In this document: positions 19,881 through 28,825 of the stretch, in pieces
Numbering within the stretch: position 1 is the stretch's first letter
How the letters are laid out: each line of letters opens with the position of its first letter
Assembly: GCF_002067275.1 (NCBI RefSeq)
Contig: NZ_MVQX01000048.1
Location: 29,748 to 93,747, forward strand
Source: Methanomethylovorans sp. PtaU1.Bin093
Lineage (GTDB): Archaea; Halobacteriota; Methanosarcinia; Methanosarcinales; Methanosarcinaceae
Direction: 5' to 3'
DNA length: 64,000 nt
Position numbers and translations under genes: made by a program
The notes under the pieces: generated by a model
The model's database searches: none
Told to the model about the DNA's origin: nothing
What the model saw: the letters and a program-made list of their open reading frames with translations, nothing else

Positions 19881-20086
19881 GTAGATCTAAAATGTAGTTT
19901 ACTGGTGACGTTGGGGCAATTACGCCAGTTGCCGCATATCACGGGGGTGAGAAACAAGATGTCAATGTAGTGAATAGACGGTGTAATGTCAAAAAATATA
20001 ATTTACTTGGATGTTTAGAGCCAAAACTCATAATGTAATGTATATCGAATCAGTAGGAGTTAATTTATCTTAGGAGTCTGAAATAA

Positions 20087-20686
20087 ATGAATATAAAGAA
20101 TTATAAGGTATACTCAATTCATTATGGTCTTATCGTGGGAGATATTCTGGATGCTTTAGGAGAGGACATTCTATACTCATATTCCCATGTAAGTAGTAAT
20201 CTTTACAATATCATTGAGAGCATGGAATTTGATAAACAGTATCTTCACCTAAAAGCAGTTGATGAGCTAGACCCATCCGACAAAGAGTACTGGACTAAAG
20301 TGAATATATTATACAGGCCGGTGCCTAAAATTATCCTGGACTGGAGTAAAGTTGCGGAAGTTATGGATGAATGGTTTGATGATAACTATAATTCCGATAT
20401 CTATGTTGCAAAAGACTTCCACAAAATTCTGTGTGCTCTTGCTCGTCAACTCTATGAGTACGAAAGTGAAATTTTAACTATTAAGTTCAGACATTATGTA
20501 GATACTTGCAATGAGAGAGCTAAGAATGCCTTATCTCAATGTATCAATAATGATAACCCACTTGTAAAATGTCGTGATTGCAATAAGCTTGCAGTATGTA
20601 AGCTGGTAGAGCAAGGATTTACTGATATATGTGGGTACAAGGAGCAGACACAGGCAGGACATATATTTTACGGAGTTAACGCGTAA
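20087..20686 (+). CDS. Hypothetical protein with a C-terminal Cys cluster
   Basis: 199-aa ORF with AGGAG SD; CRDC...C...C near the C-terminus. Confidence 0.65.
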   Translation: MNIKNYKVYSIHYGLIVGDILDALGEDILYSYSHVSSNLYNIIESMEFDKQYLHLKAVDELDPSDKEYWTKVNILYRPVPKIILDWSKVAEVMDEWFDDNYNSDIYVAKDFHKILCALARQLYEYESEILTIKFRHYVDTCNERAKNALSQCINNDNPLVKCRDCNKLAVCKLVEQGFTDICGYKEQTQAGHIFYGVNA

Positions 20687-20967
20687 TTATTTTCGAACAA
20701 ATCCCATGTAATAGAGTAAGTATGTAATTAGTGTAGCGGTATGAGGATGTTAGACATAAACCAACAGCTTCCGTAAAACACTCCAATTCCTGCGAAGTTG
20801 AGCTACATCGCTCAACTTTATCAATTTGGATGAGTACAAATCCTCTATGAGAGATACTTTGTATGGGGTTCGGTCAGCTATTCATCTCCATATCCCTGGT
20901 TACTTTTACTCTACTTGGCACATCTGCATGTTACCTTAACTCCGAAATTGTACACGGAGATGAAAAT

Positions 20968-21177
20968 ATGCGAATAGAACTTGGATTGGATTATAATCCT
21001 ATCAGAGACCAGCTTCTGAAGCAAGGAGCAAAGATTAATGAAGAGAAAGTGACCTTGGCAGATACCATGCTTAATTACATAAACCACCTCCGGTTGGAAC
21101 AAATAATCGATAACAAATGTGCGAAAAAAGCATACAAAAACTTAGGAGACTATATAAATAGAAACTGTGTCAAGTAG
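20968..21177 (+). CDS. Small hypothetical protein (69 aa)
   Basis: GGAGATGA SD before ATG 20968; helical, protein-like sequence. Confidence 0.5.
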   Translation: MRIELGLDYNPIRDQLLKQGAKINEEKVTLADTMLNYINHLRLEQIIDNKCAKKAYKNLGDYINRNCVK

Positions 21178-21287
21178 CTTAATTAATTTAAAATGTTGTA
21201 TAGTTAAATACTCACTTTAATATTGAGGATTTATACAGAGACAAAAAACGAATCTTTGATATCCTTACTTTTTCTGGAACGAAAGTC

Positions 21288-22508
21288 TTACGGATTTAAT
21301 TTATAACATTCAGCTAATAAATATTTTGATTTATCCAAATCTTTAATTGATTTTAAAGTTATTTCTAAATTTCCTACTCCTATGTGGCGTCGATTTGTAA
21401 CGTCTCTACTAAAACCGTTTTCAAGTAACACATCATCAGGATTCATTTTTAGATATAAGACCACACTGCCGTTTCGAGGCCTTAAATAAACACTTATAAT
21501 GCATTTTTTTCTTTGAAAAGAAACATAGGTTTTGTTATTTTTGATTTTTATATCTGTGCCAAGAGAACGAATATATTCTTCAACCTGTCCATATATCTCA
21601 TTAATGGTGGAATCACAATAGTCATAAGAAAACCAGCAATTAGAATTCCCTTGTTCAATTTCTTTAATAATCTTATCTTCCATTCCACTATATTCTGGAT
21701 AAGTTTGTATGAACTCAGTCACAGTGGAATTGGAAACCGGCAGCTTATCGGTTTTCTTAACAAGAAATCTCCATTTATTCAATAAAGAGAAAAGTTTATC
21801 TAGGGAATTTGAATTAGAAGTGTTTTCATTGGAGAACGAAGAAATGTCCATTTGACTTTCCACATTATAGCCCATCAATTCTAAATATTTACTTTTATCG
21901 AAGATTACTTTCTCAAGAAGATTTTGCTTGTGCAGAGAAACATATAAAGCAGCTGCACTAGCCTGACAACTTATTGACTTAATAGGATTAAACTCAATAT
22001 CAGAAAAACCACTGAATTGTAATAATTGTTCGCTTAATATTGGATTTTGATATAATGCATTAATATAAAGCCAATCATAGAACGCTGTTTTTGGCATTAA
22101 TCCCCATTTAACACCATTGAAATCAAATCCAATTAATTCGCCTGAATCGTATAGTCTATCGTCTCTTTTAATTTCCCTGCCTTGCATATTAAAAAAATCT
22201 TTATAGGGCCCTCCTTTTTCGAATACTTTACTACCTTGATAGGCAGCTTCAACAGTAATTTCATTTCCATTACTAAGCTTTATAAGGAGGTTGAATGCAC
22301 TCAATTGTTTACCGAGCTCTTTCTCGGATTTTGTCGAAATCTCTAGTATGGGGCTCGTACCTTTCTTTTTAGCTTCTTCATGCAAAGACATAATTGATTT
22401 TTGTTTCTGCTGAATAGAGTAACCTGGATGCCATTCAAATTCTATATTTATTTGTTTTACATATTTTTTGTTGGTGAAATTGGGAATAAATATTGGTCTT
22501 TGAGCCAT
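21288..22508 (-). CDS. DarT1-associated NADAR antitoxin (DUF6977/DarG1-like) fused to a C-terminal DUF5655-like domain
   Basis: MAQRPIFIP, FEWHPG.S..QKQKSI..LH, LEISTKS...LG..LSAFNL, VE.AYQGSKVF..GGPY, FYDWLY..AL and DIEFNP.KS..CQA; C-terminal YVSF..K...RDVT.R.H.G.G.LEI. Confidence 0.85.
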   Translation of the reverse strand: MAQRPIFIPNFTNKKYVKQINIEFEWHPGYSIQQKQKSIMSLHEEAKKKGTSPILEISTKSEKELGKQLSAFNLLIKLSNGNEITVEAAYQGSKVFEKGGPYKDFFNMQGREIKRDDRLYDSGELIGFDFNGVKWGLMPKTAFYDWLYINALYQNPILSEQLLQFSGFSDIEFNPIKSISCQASAAALYVSLHKQNLLEKVIFDKSKYLELMGYNVESQMDISSFSNENTSNSNSLDKLFSLLNKWRFLVKKTDKLPVSNSTVTEFIQTYPEYSGMEDKIIKEIEQGNSNCWFSYDYCDSTINEIYGQVEEYIRSLGTDIKIKNNKTYVSFQRKKCIISVYLRPRNGSVVLYLKMNPDDVLLENGFSRDVTNRRHIGVGNLEITLKSIKDLDKSKYLLAECYKLNP

Positions 22509-22518
22509 GAATACACTC

Positions 22519-23079
22519 CTATGGGGAAGTAATGTCCTTTAATGAGATATATTCTGGAAAAGTAATATATTTTAATGGGATATGTTTTTTAACCATTACC
22601 TCTGCTTGAATATATTGCTTATCCATATCAGAATGACGACAGTAATCATATTCTTGTTTTGCTAAATCGAAATTAACACTTTTAAAATGGCAAATATGAC
22701 CACCAACTGCCGTACCAGTCCTAGTTGCATTTTTGTTACTAAACAGAGTAGATTGCCAATAAATCACTGATGAGTCAACTCTTAATGAAACTATATTTTG
22801 TATCTGCCTTTTTCTCGAGTAAAACATTGGGTGACGTAAGTTAAAACTTAATCGAACATAATCATCCAATCCCTTAGATGAATCAAGGTCTCTAGAAAGT
22901 TCAGTCCCGCCGGGAGTTAAAACTTGGATACCGTTACACTTACAATAATTCCAACTATAAAGCCCACCATGAGCGACAATTGATGACAAATTGTTATAGT
23001 TTGTACAATGATAAAGTGTGGCAATGCTATGCTTTTTAACTATTCTTTCAAATTCTTCCCAATCCTCTTTATATTGCAT
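22519..23079 (-). CDS. darT: DarT-family ssDNA ADP-ribosyltransferase toxin (DUF4433)
   Basis: LYHCT...NL.SI...GL.S, YVRLSF...HPMFY, FS..NA and QAEVMV (catalytic Glu); lies 10 bp upstream of the NADAR gene. Confidence 0.85.
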   Translation of the reverse strand: MQYKEDWEEFERIVKKHSIATLYHCTNYNNLSSIVAHGGLYSWNYCKCNGIQVLTPGGTELSRDLDSSKGLDDYVRLSFNLRHPMFYSRKRQIQNIVSLRVDSSVIYWQSTLFSNKNATRTGTAVGGHICHFKSVNFDLAKQEYDYCRHSDMDKQYIQAEVMVKKHIPLKYITFPEYISLKDITSP

Positions 23080-23395
23080 ACCTGTCCCTATCTCTATGAT
23101 TAAAATTTAAGCGACTATATAATTTTTGCGAGAGGTTTGAATCATAGTTGTGATATTAAGATGATAAATTTTGTGATTTTATTATGTATTAATAGTCAAA
23201 TGGATTTCAAAACTCACAATTATAGCATTTTACAATTTTCCGGTACTAAAAGCAGGACTAGCAAAGCCTTTATTGTTCATTTTCAGACCTGAATAGGTAC
23301 AACTATGGAGGATTTCGATAAACCTCCATTTTCAATCGAGTACTTATATACTCTATATCACAATTTACTTATCTACATCGAATGTATACTACAAT

Positions 23396-23629
23396 ATGAA
23401 AACATATCTTCTGATCTGGTTCAACAGTAATGGGGCAAGGCCTTCTGAGGTTACCCGCAGCTTGATGTCCCTTGGTTTTACTCCTGTGAAAGGTCCCTAC
23501 GATTATGTCTATGATTGGGGGAACCACGTAGATATGGATGAGATCCTAAATTTCGGGGACAAGGTGCAGATGACATTAAAAGATACAGGGGTAATGTTCA
23601 AGATCGAAACGGTAAATGGTACTCTATAG
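23396..23629 (+). CDS. Small conserved hypothetical protein
   Basis: 77-aa alpha/beta-patterned ORF (MKTYL.IWF.S.GA.PSEV...LGF.P..G.YD) downstream of a TATA-like element. Confidence 0.75.
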   Translation: MKTYLLIWFNSNGARPSEVTRSLMSLGFTPVKGPYDYVYDWGNHVDMDEILNFGDKVQMTLKDTGVMFKIETVNGTL

Positions 23630-23635
23630 AGTGCT

Positions 23636-24166
23636 TTAGTCACCCTCTGCGAGTTTACGTGAATATTCTATATAGTCGCAGGACTGGCCAACGATCTCGA
23701 TCATCCTGGTGGAAACATTTCCATTATCGATGTCTATCTCCACAGCGCATGGATCAGACATTCTGGGTTTTGTAGGCGATCCCGGGCAAATGAGCAATAC
23801 ATCACTCTTTTCGATCAGAGGTCTGTGGAGATGGCCAAAAACAAGTATGTCCACTTCCATCTCAAGGGCAAGGTATCTGAGAGCAGTCGTATCGTTCAGA
23901 GAGAGGGCTCCTTCATGTACTATACCTATCTTTATGCCGCCCACTTCAAATGTGATCTTTGCAGGAAGCTCCCGCTTTATCAAAGCCTCATCTGCATTAC
24001 CGTGCACAGCTTTTAGTTTGCCGGTTGCTTCAAAAGCCTTGTAGCATTCGTAAGATGTGAAATCGCCTGCATGAGCTATGATATCATAATCTGCGATTAC
24101 ATCCGCAAGATATTCCGGTATTTTTCCGGTTTCAATGTGTGTATCCGAGATAGCTATGATCCTCAT
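23636..24166 (-). CDS. Metallophosphoesterase (YfcE/MJ0936 family)
   Basis: ISDTH, HAGD, VHGN.D, GH.H and CPGS motifs. Confidence 0.92.
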   Translation of the reverse strand: MRIIAISDTHIETGKIPEYLADVIADYDIIAHAGDFTSYECYKAFEATGKLKAVHGNADEALIKRELPAKITFEVGGIKIGIVHEGALSLNDTTALRYLALEMEVDILVFGHLHRPLIEKSDVLLICPGSPTKPRMSDPCAVEIDIDNGNVSTRMIEIVGQSCDYIEYSRKLAEGD

Positions 24167-24184
24167 TTATGAACTCCAGCAAGT

Positions 24185-24973
24185 TCAATGCACGGATAGA
24201 TCGACAAGTTCATATTCCAGATTCTCGCTTTCGAGGCGGCTGAGTATGCCGGGAACCTCTTCGTCGATAGCAAGTACCAATGAGGATAGGCCATGGAAAG
24301 CTGCTTCTATCACGGACTCCTTTGCTCCGAACATCACATGTGGCTCCCTGCCCACCCTTCTCAGAGCTATAAGAGATTCAACTCCTATGGTAGCAAGATA
24401 TGATTTCGATCTGACAAGGTTTTCCAATCTTTCCAGATCAACATTCTTGGATCCGCCTCTTTCTACACGTGGTATCTTACAGACAGTGATGCTTGCATTT
24501 TCCAGGTCGATAAGCCCCATCAGATCAGTGACACCTACATCTTCTCCCTTCAATGCAGCGGAGATGGTCGTACCAGTGGCATTAGTGACATTCTGTGTGC
24601 TCACGTAGAGTAAACCGTTCCTCATCGTAAGATATACTTCCTGTTCCGCATTCACATCTTCTTCAGCTATTGCGGTCCAGGTGGATACATGACTTATGAT
24701 GTCGCTCATCACAAACCTTGCATACCTTTTCATCTCGGCGGCGTTTTCCAGGACCCATTCAACCCCTTGTTTTGTTATCCGGTACCTTACTCTTCCTTCA
24801 GAGCTCACCAGTCCTTCAGCCACAAGTTCTTTAATGTACTCTGAAACTGCCTGAGGCGTTACACCGATCTTTTCAGCTATCTCCTTTTGCCGAACATTAG
24901 GCTGATGGGCAGCCACTTCAATGAGTATCTGGAACTTGGTTATACCACTCTTACTGCTAAGAAGCTCTATCAT
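24185..24973 (-). CDS. Winged-helix transcriptional regulator with a C-terminal extension
   Basis: RQKEIAEKIGVTPQAVSEYIKELVAEG...RYRIT helix-turn-helix plus wing. Confidence 0.85.
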   Translation of the reverse strand: MIELLSSKSGITKFQILIEVAAHQPNVRQKEIAEKIGVTPQAVSEYIKELVAEGLVSSEGRVRYRITKQGVEWVLENAAEMKRYARFVMSDIISHVSTWTAIAEEDVNAEQEVYLTMRNGLLYVSTQNVTNATGTTISAALKGEDVGVTDLMGLIDLENASITVCKIPRVERGGSKNVDLERLENLVRSKSYLATIGVESLIALRRVGREPHVMFGAKESVIEAAFHGLSSLVLAIDEEVPGILSRLESENLEYELVDLSVH

Positions 24974-25479
24974 TCCTTATCATCTACTTCCTTGATGCGT
25001 TGTCCCATCACTGCCAGTTTATCAGACCGCCGTGCAACGGCACGGATATACATCGGGCTTTTGTTCAATGCCCTTGTCAGGCTGCTCATGGACTCGTTTC
25101 CCTCTATCACAAGTTTTTCCAGTTCTTCTATTACATCCTTCACTTCTTCATAAGGCTTGAACGTCAGCATTATGATATCACTCATGTCTTCCACAGAACA
25201 CTGAAAATTGGTCTGTACTTTTGAATAAGAACTATGGTATTCTTTTTGTGGTGTCTTTCCAGGTTCAGGCATATGCCATTGGCTTTCGATCAATCCACTT
25301 TTCTTAAGGATCTTTATACTCTGTGCAACATCCGTTCCCAGCGTTTCCTCAAGTTCATCCTTTGTCATCCATAAATTTAAGAGGGCATCGAATACTTTTT
25401 TATGCCGCTTAGACCCAAAGATCTGGAGAAGTGGTACAAGTTCGGAAGGATCATTGATAATTCTTGTCCGTTTATTCAT
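24970..25479 (-). CDS. ArsR-like winged-helix regulator
   Basis: LKKSGLIESQW.MP.PG..P.KEY wing; stop overlaps the next gene (ATGA). Confidence 0.78.
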   Translation of the reverse strand: MNKRTRIINDPSELVPLLQIFGSKRHKKVFDALLNLWMTKDELEETLGTDVAQSIKILKKSGLIESQWHMPEPGKTPQKEYHSSYSKVQTNFQCSVEDMSDIIMLTFKPYEEVKDVIEELEKLVIEGNESMSSLTRALNKSPMYIRAVARRSDKLAVMGQRIKEVDDKE

Positions 25480-25629
25480 AGCATTAACCTCTGAATGTAC
25501 CTCATATGGACCGCGACCAGTTAAATCTCGAAACTCACAAGTACAAGCGATCCAAAAATTCAGTTAATCCATCAGAACACTTTTTGCCAATATATTATGT
25601 TCTTTAATCTTAATAAAGGTGATGTGATT

Positions 25630-26679
25630 TCAGAATGTTTTAAAATCGATAGTTAGTTCTCCATTTTCCTGCCATAGGAATAGTGGGAATTTTCTTTTTT
25701 CATGCATGTTCTTCTCATGCAGTGCATGGGCTACAATAGGAAGTGCAATGGTCGCATCCACAAAGACCTGGACTTTCTTTGCGTCTGCAGCTATCTTTCC
25801 CCAGGAAACAGCCTCATCGAACGTGCATCCTGAAAGGCCACCCCAGTGAGGGACATCTGTAGTATATTGTATCGCGTAATCATGTCCGGCAATATCTGCA
25901 CCCATTATGGAAGCCACAACCTCTGTCTGCTGTATGAAGTTCTTGGGCACTCCCCCGCCTACATAAACAACTCCGGTCTTACCAGACATCTCCACTATCC
26001 GGGTTATTTCGTCCACATCTTTTATCTGGTCCACATCAACATCAACCCCTGCCCTTCTTGCAATGGTCAATCCTATTCCGATGGAACTATCGCCAAGGGC
26101 TGGCACAAAAATGGGAACACCATATTTATACGCGCTACCTACTATGGATCCATCACCATTTCCATCTTCGCATATTTTCTTTCCAAGAAGCCCTATGAAT
26201 TCTCTTGAGGACATTCTCTTCCCATGAAGTCCTCTGGCAAAATCTGCTATCAAATGGTCTGTATGTCTGAACTCTTCCTCAAAAGCGAAAACATCGTATA
26301 TTCTGTCCACACCATGCCTGAAAAGCTCTTCATCGTTGGCCAGGTGAGATCCAACATAATGTTTCTTTCCCAGAGCTTCATGACAATCATGGAACAGGTT
26401 CGCTCCCGTGCTCACCAGACAGTCTATCATCCTGTTCTTTATCAGATGCACTATCACTTTCCTCATGCCTGCAGGTACCATTGCACCTGTAAGCCCCATC
26501 ATGACAGTGAGTTCTTCTTCTTTGAGCATATTGTTCCAGGCTTGCACAGATTCGGCAAGTTTCCTGCCCTGGAATCCGGTATATAGCATGCCGTCTACTA
26601 GCTGGCCTATAGACCTGTTCGTGACATCTAAAGGTCTTGTTGGGTTCTGAGTGAAAACATTGATCTTGTGTGGTTCCAT
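25630..26679 (-). CDS. Deoxyhypusine synthase family protein
   Basis: TGFQG, GAMVPAG, VSTGANL.HD, GGGVPKN and GGLSG...EAVSWGK motifs. Confidence 0.93.
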   Translation of the reverse strand: MEPHKINVFTQNPTRPLDVTNRSIGQLVDGMLYTGFQGRKLAESVQAWNNMLKEEELTVMMGLTGAMVPAGMRKVIVHLIKNRMIDCLVSTGANLFHDCHEALGKKHYVGSHLANDEELFRHGVDRIYDVFAFEEEFRHTDHLIADFARGLHGKRMSSREFIGLLGKKICEDGNGDGSIVGSAYKYGVPIFVPALGDSSIGIGLTIARRAGVDVDVDQIKDVDEITRIVEMSGKTGVVYVGGGVPKNFIQQTEVVASIMGADIAGHDYAIQYTTDVPHWGGLSGCTFDEAVSWGKIAADAKKVQVFVDATIALPIVAHALHEKNMHEKRKFPLFLWQENGELTIDFKTF

Positions 26680-26898
26680 CCTGGCACCTCTCAATGGACA
26701 GAATCATGAGACTCTGAAACGCTACATTAACTGCTGCATTTAACTATCAGTTGGTGTTCAGAGAGACATATCTCTTGAAAAACATACCATCACCATTGTA
26801 ATTAAGTGTAACCTTTGGTGGTAGCACAACAGTTCTTTATCCTATTCTTTTGCAGACCGATAAATATATCCAATTCTGTTACCAATCAGTCAGGTACC

Positions 26899-27507
26899 AT
26901 GTCCCAGAATCTTAGCGAGAAGATAAATGATGTGCTTGCAGATAGGCAATTGTCCATAAGCGCTATCACCAGGGAGCTTAAAGACAAAGGTTTTGTTGAA
27001 CACAGGCTGGTACTGACTGGATATCTGCGGGCTCTGCGTGACCTCAAAAAATTGCAGGAGATAGAAGTCCCCCCCTCTAAGGTCTACAGACGCCTGGAGC
27101 ATCATGAAAAGTGCACAGATATTTACTCTATGGTAGGTGATCAGATCAAGAACCTGGACATGGAAGTGCGTCTGCCTCTTGCTATTTATATCATCTCCCG
27201 GCTCTTCAAAAGACCGGTTTTCCGGGAAGAGCTTTTGCATCTCGGCATCAATAACAAAAGTGTTGCCAACTGCCTTGAATCTTCCGCATGCATGATAACA
27301 CTTTCAAGGGACGAGAACCTGAAACTCTATCGCAGTGAGATCACGCGGATATCCATACCTGTAAACGATCCTGCCTATGAAATAAAAGCAGAAGATGGTC
27401 AAATGGTCTCCATGGCAAATATTATACTGATGGAAACGATAAAAGACCTTGTGGATCTAAGCGGGCTTACTCCAAAAACAAAGCAAACAAAGCTTGTTGA
27501 GATGTGA
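26899..27507 (+). CDS. Hypothetical protein with an N-terminal winged-helix-like segment
   Basis: SISAITREL...HRLVLTGYL.AL...VPPSKVY pattern; divergent from the deoxyhypusine synthase gene. Confidence 0.72.
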   Translation: MSQNLSEKINDVLADRQLSISAITRELKDKGFVEHRLVLTGYLRALRDLKKLQEIEVPPSKVYRRLEHHEKCTDIYSMVGDQIKNLDMEVRLPLAIYIISRLFKRPVFREELLHLGINNKSVANCLESSACMITLSRDENLKLYRSEITRISIPVNDPAYEIKAEDGQMVSMANIILMETIKDLVDLSGLTPKTKQTKLVEM

Positions 27508-27563
27508 TATCATATTCGAACATATCTTTTTCGGCATCATTGATAACTTCAGGCAGTGATAAT

Positions 27564-27992
27564 CTGGATATAGGGCATGAAGAATTTATTCAAATGTGTC
27601 CCATCGGATACGTACATAATACTTTTAAGGAAGCTGTTTTTGATGAGAAGATGTATTCTTCGATATCACAGATAGTCTTGAAAGAAGAACTGCAGGATGG
27701 CCTTAAAAACATAACGGATTTCTCTAAGGTCTATGTGCTGTTCTATTTTGACCGCTCGGAAGGCTACGATCTGATCCAAAAACGCCGTTATGATGGAAAG
27801 CTATCAGGTGTCTTTGCTTCCAGGTCGCCTAAAAGACCGAACAGTATAGGGCTTACATTGGTGGAATTGCTGGAAGTCAAAGGAAATATGCTTACTGTCA
27901 GAGGCCTGGATGCCATTGATGGTACTCCGGTGCTTGATATAAAACCGTTCATAGAAAATGATTTGGCAGGTGATGGTTTACGGTCTCCGTAA
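27564..27992 (+). CDS. tsaA: tRNA m6t6A37 methyltransferase TsaA/TrmO (start uncertain: GTG 27504, CTG 27564 or ATG 27594)
   Basis: PIGYV, GVFASRSPKRPNSIGL and GLDAIDGTPVLDIKP motifs. Confidence 0.88.
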   Translation: MDIGHEEFIQMCPIGYVHNTFKEAVFDEKMYSSISQIVLKEELQDGLKNITDFSKVYVLFYFDRSEGYDLIQKRRYDGKLSGVFASRSPKRPNSIGLTLVELLEVKGNMLTVRGLDAIDGTPVLDIKPFIENDLAGDGLRSP

Positions 27993-28771
27993 ATGTGGCA
28001 TGTATACAAATGGAGGTAGTTCATTGTTCCAAATCGGACAATTTAACGAAAGCTATGTCCATGGCAGAAAAGGCGGTGTCATCAGGAGCAGATATGATTG
28101 TACTTCCAGAAGTCTTCTCTACAGGTTTTTGTTATGAAGGAATAAGTGATCTGGCAGAGGAAGCCCCATTCCCCACCATAGGCAAACTTATTGATTTCTC
28201 AAAGAGCAAGGAATGTACTATTATAGGCTCTATAATTGAAGCCCGGTTACAGGAAGGAGTTCCTTTATTCTATAACATGGGCTTCTGTGTGGAACATGGA
28301 AAGCTTGCGGGTGTCTATCGTAAAAGTCATCCTTTCCTGCGGGAGCAAAACTATTTTGCAGCCGGAAATAGCATACATCCTATATTTCTTGAAAAACATG
28401 GTGTCAAAATCGGACTGGAGATATGTTATGAATTGCGTTTTCCTGAAGTAGCCAGAAAACTGGCTCTTGAAGGTGCAGACCTGCTGGTCACTGTCGCTCA
28501 ATTCCCGCATCCCAGGAAATACCTATGGAGGACACTTGCTTTGGCCCGTTCCATTGAGAACCAAATGCCTCATATAGCCTGTAACCCGGTAGGCTCTTCC
28601 CCTACCTCTTCCTTTTTTGGAAATTCTATGATCATTGGCGCAGCAGGTGATGTGCTTGCGGAGGCCGATGATAAAGAATGTATGATCATGCATTTAATAG
28701 ATACCGCAAATACCGATAAGGTAAGATTGGATATCCCGGTTTTCTCAGACAGGCGTGCAGATTTATACTGA
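27980..28771 (+). CDS. Nitrilase-family carbon-nitrogen hydrolase (start possibly ACG 27980, otherwise GTG 27995)
   Basis: LPE, YRKSH and ICYELRFPE give the Glu-Lys-Cys triad. Confidence 0.9.
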   Translation, partial: TVSVNVACIQMEVVHCSKSDNLTKAMSMAEKAVSSGADMIVLPEVFSTGFCYEGISDLAEEAPFPTIGKLIDFSKSKECTIIGSIIEARLQEGVPLFYNMGFCVEHGKLAGVYRKSHPFLREQNYFAAGNSIHPIFLEKHGVKIGLEICYELRFPEVARKLALEGADLLVTVAQFPHPRKYLWRTLALARSIENQMPHIACNPVGSSPTSSFFGNSMIIGAAGDVLAEADDKECMIMHLIDTANTDKVRLDIPVFSDRRADLY

Positions 28772-28825
28772 TAGCCATTATTTCATTTTTACTCTCATGC
28801 AGGCAGAACATTTCAGACCGCAAAG

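Larger units (their letters stand above)
19860..23300. other. AT-rich accessory/defence island (boundaries approximate)
   Basis: Visibly more AT-rich than its flanks; orphan ORFs and a toxin-antitoxin pair between core genes; no integrase or att repeats seen. Confidence 0.7.

Noticed and set aside
22509-22521. Amber read-through fusing darT to the NADAR gene
   Set aside because: The 10-nt gap puts the two genes in different frames.
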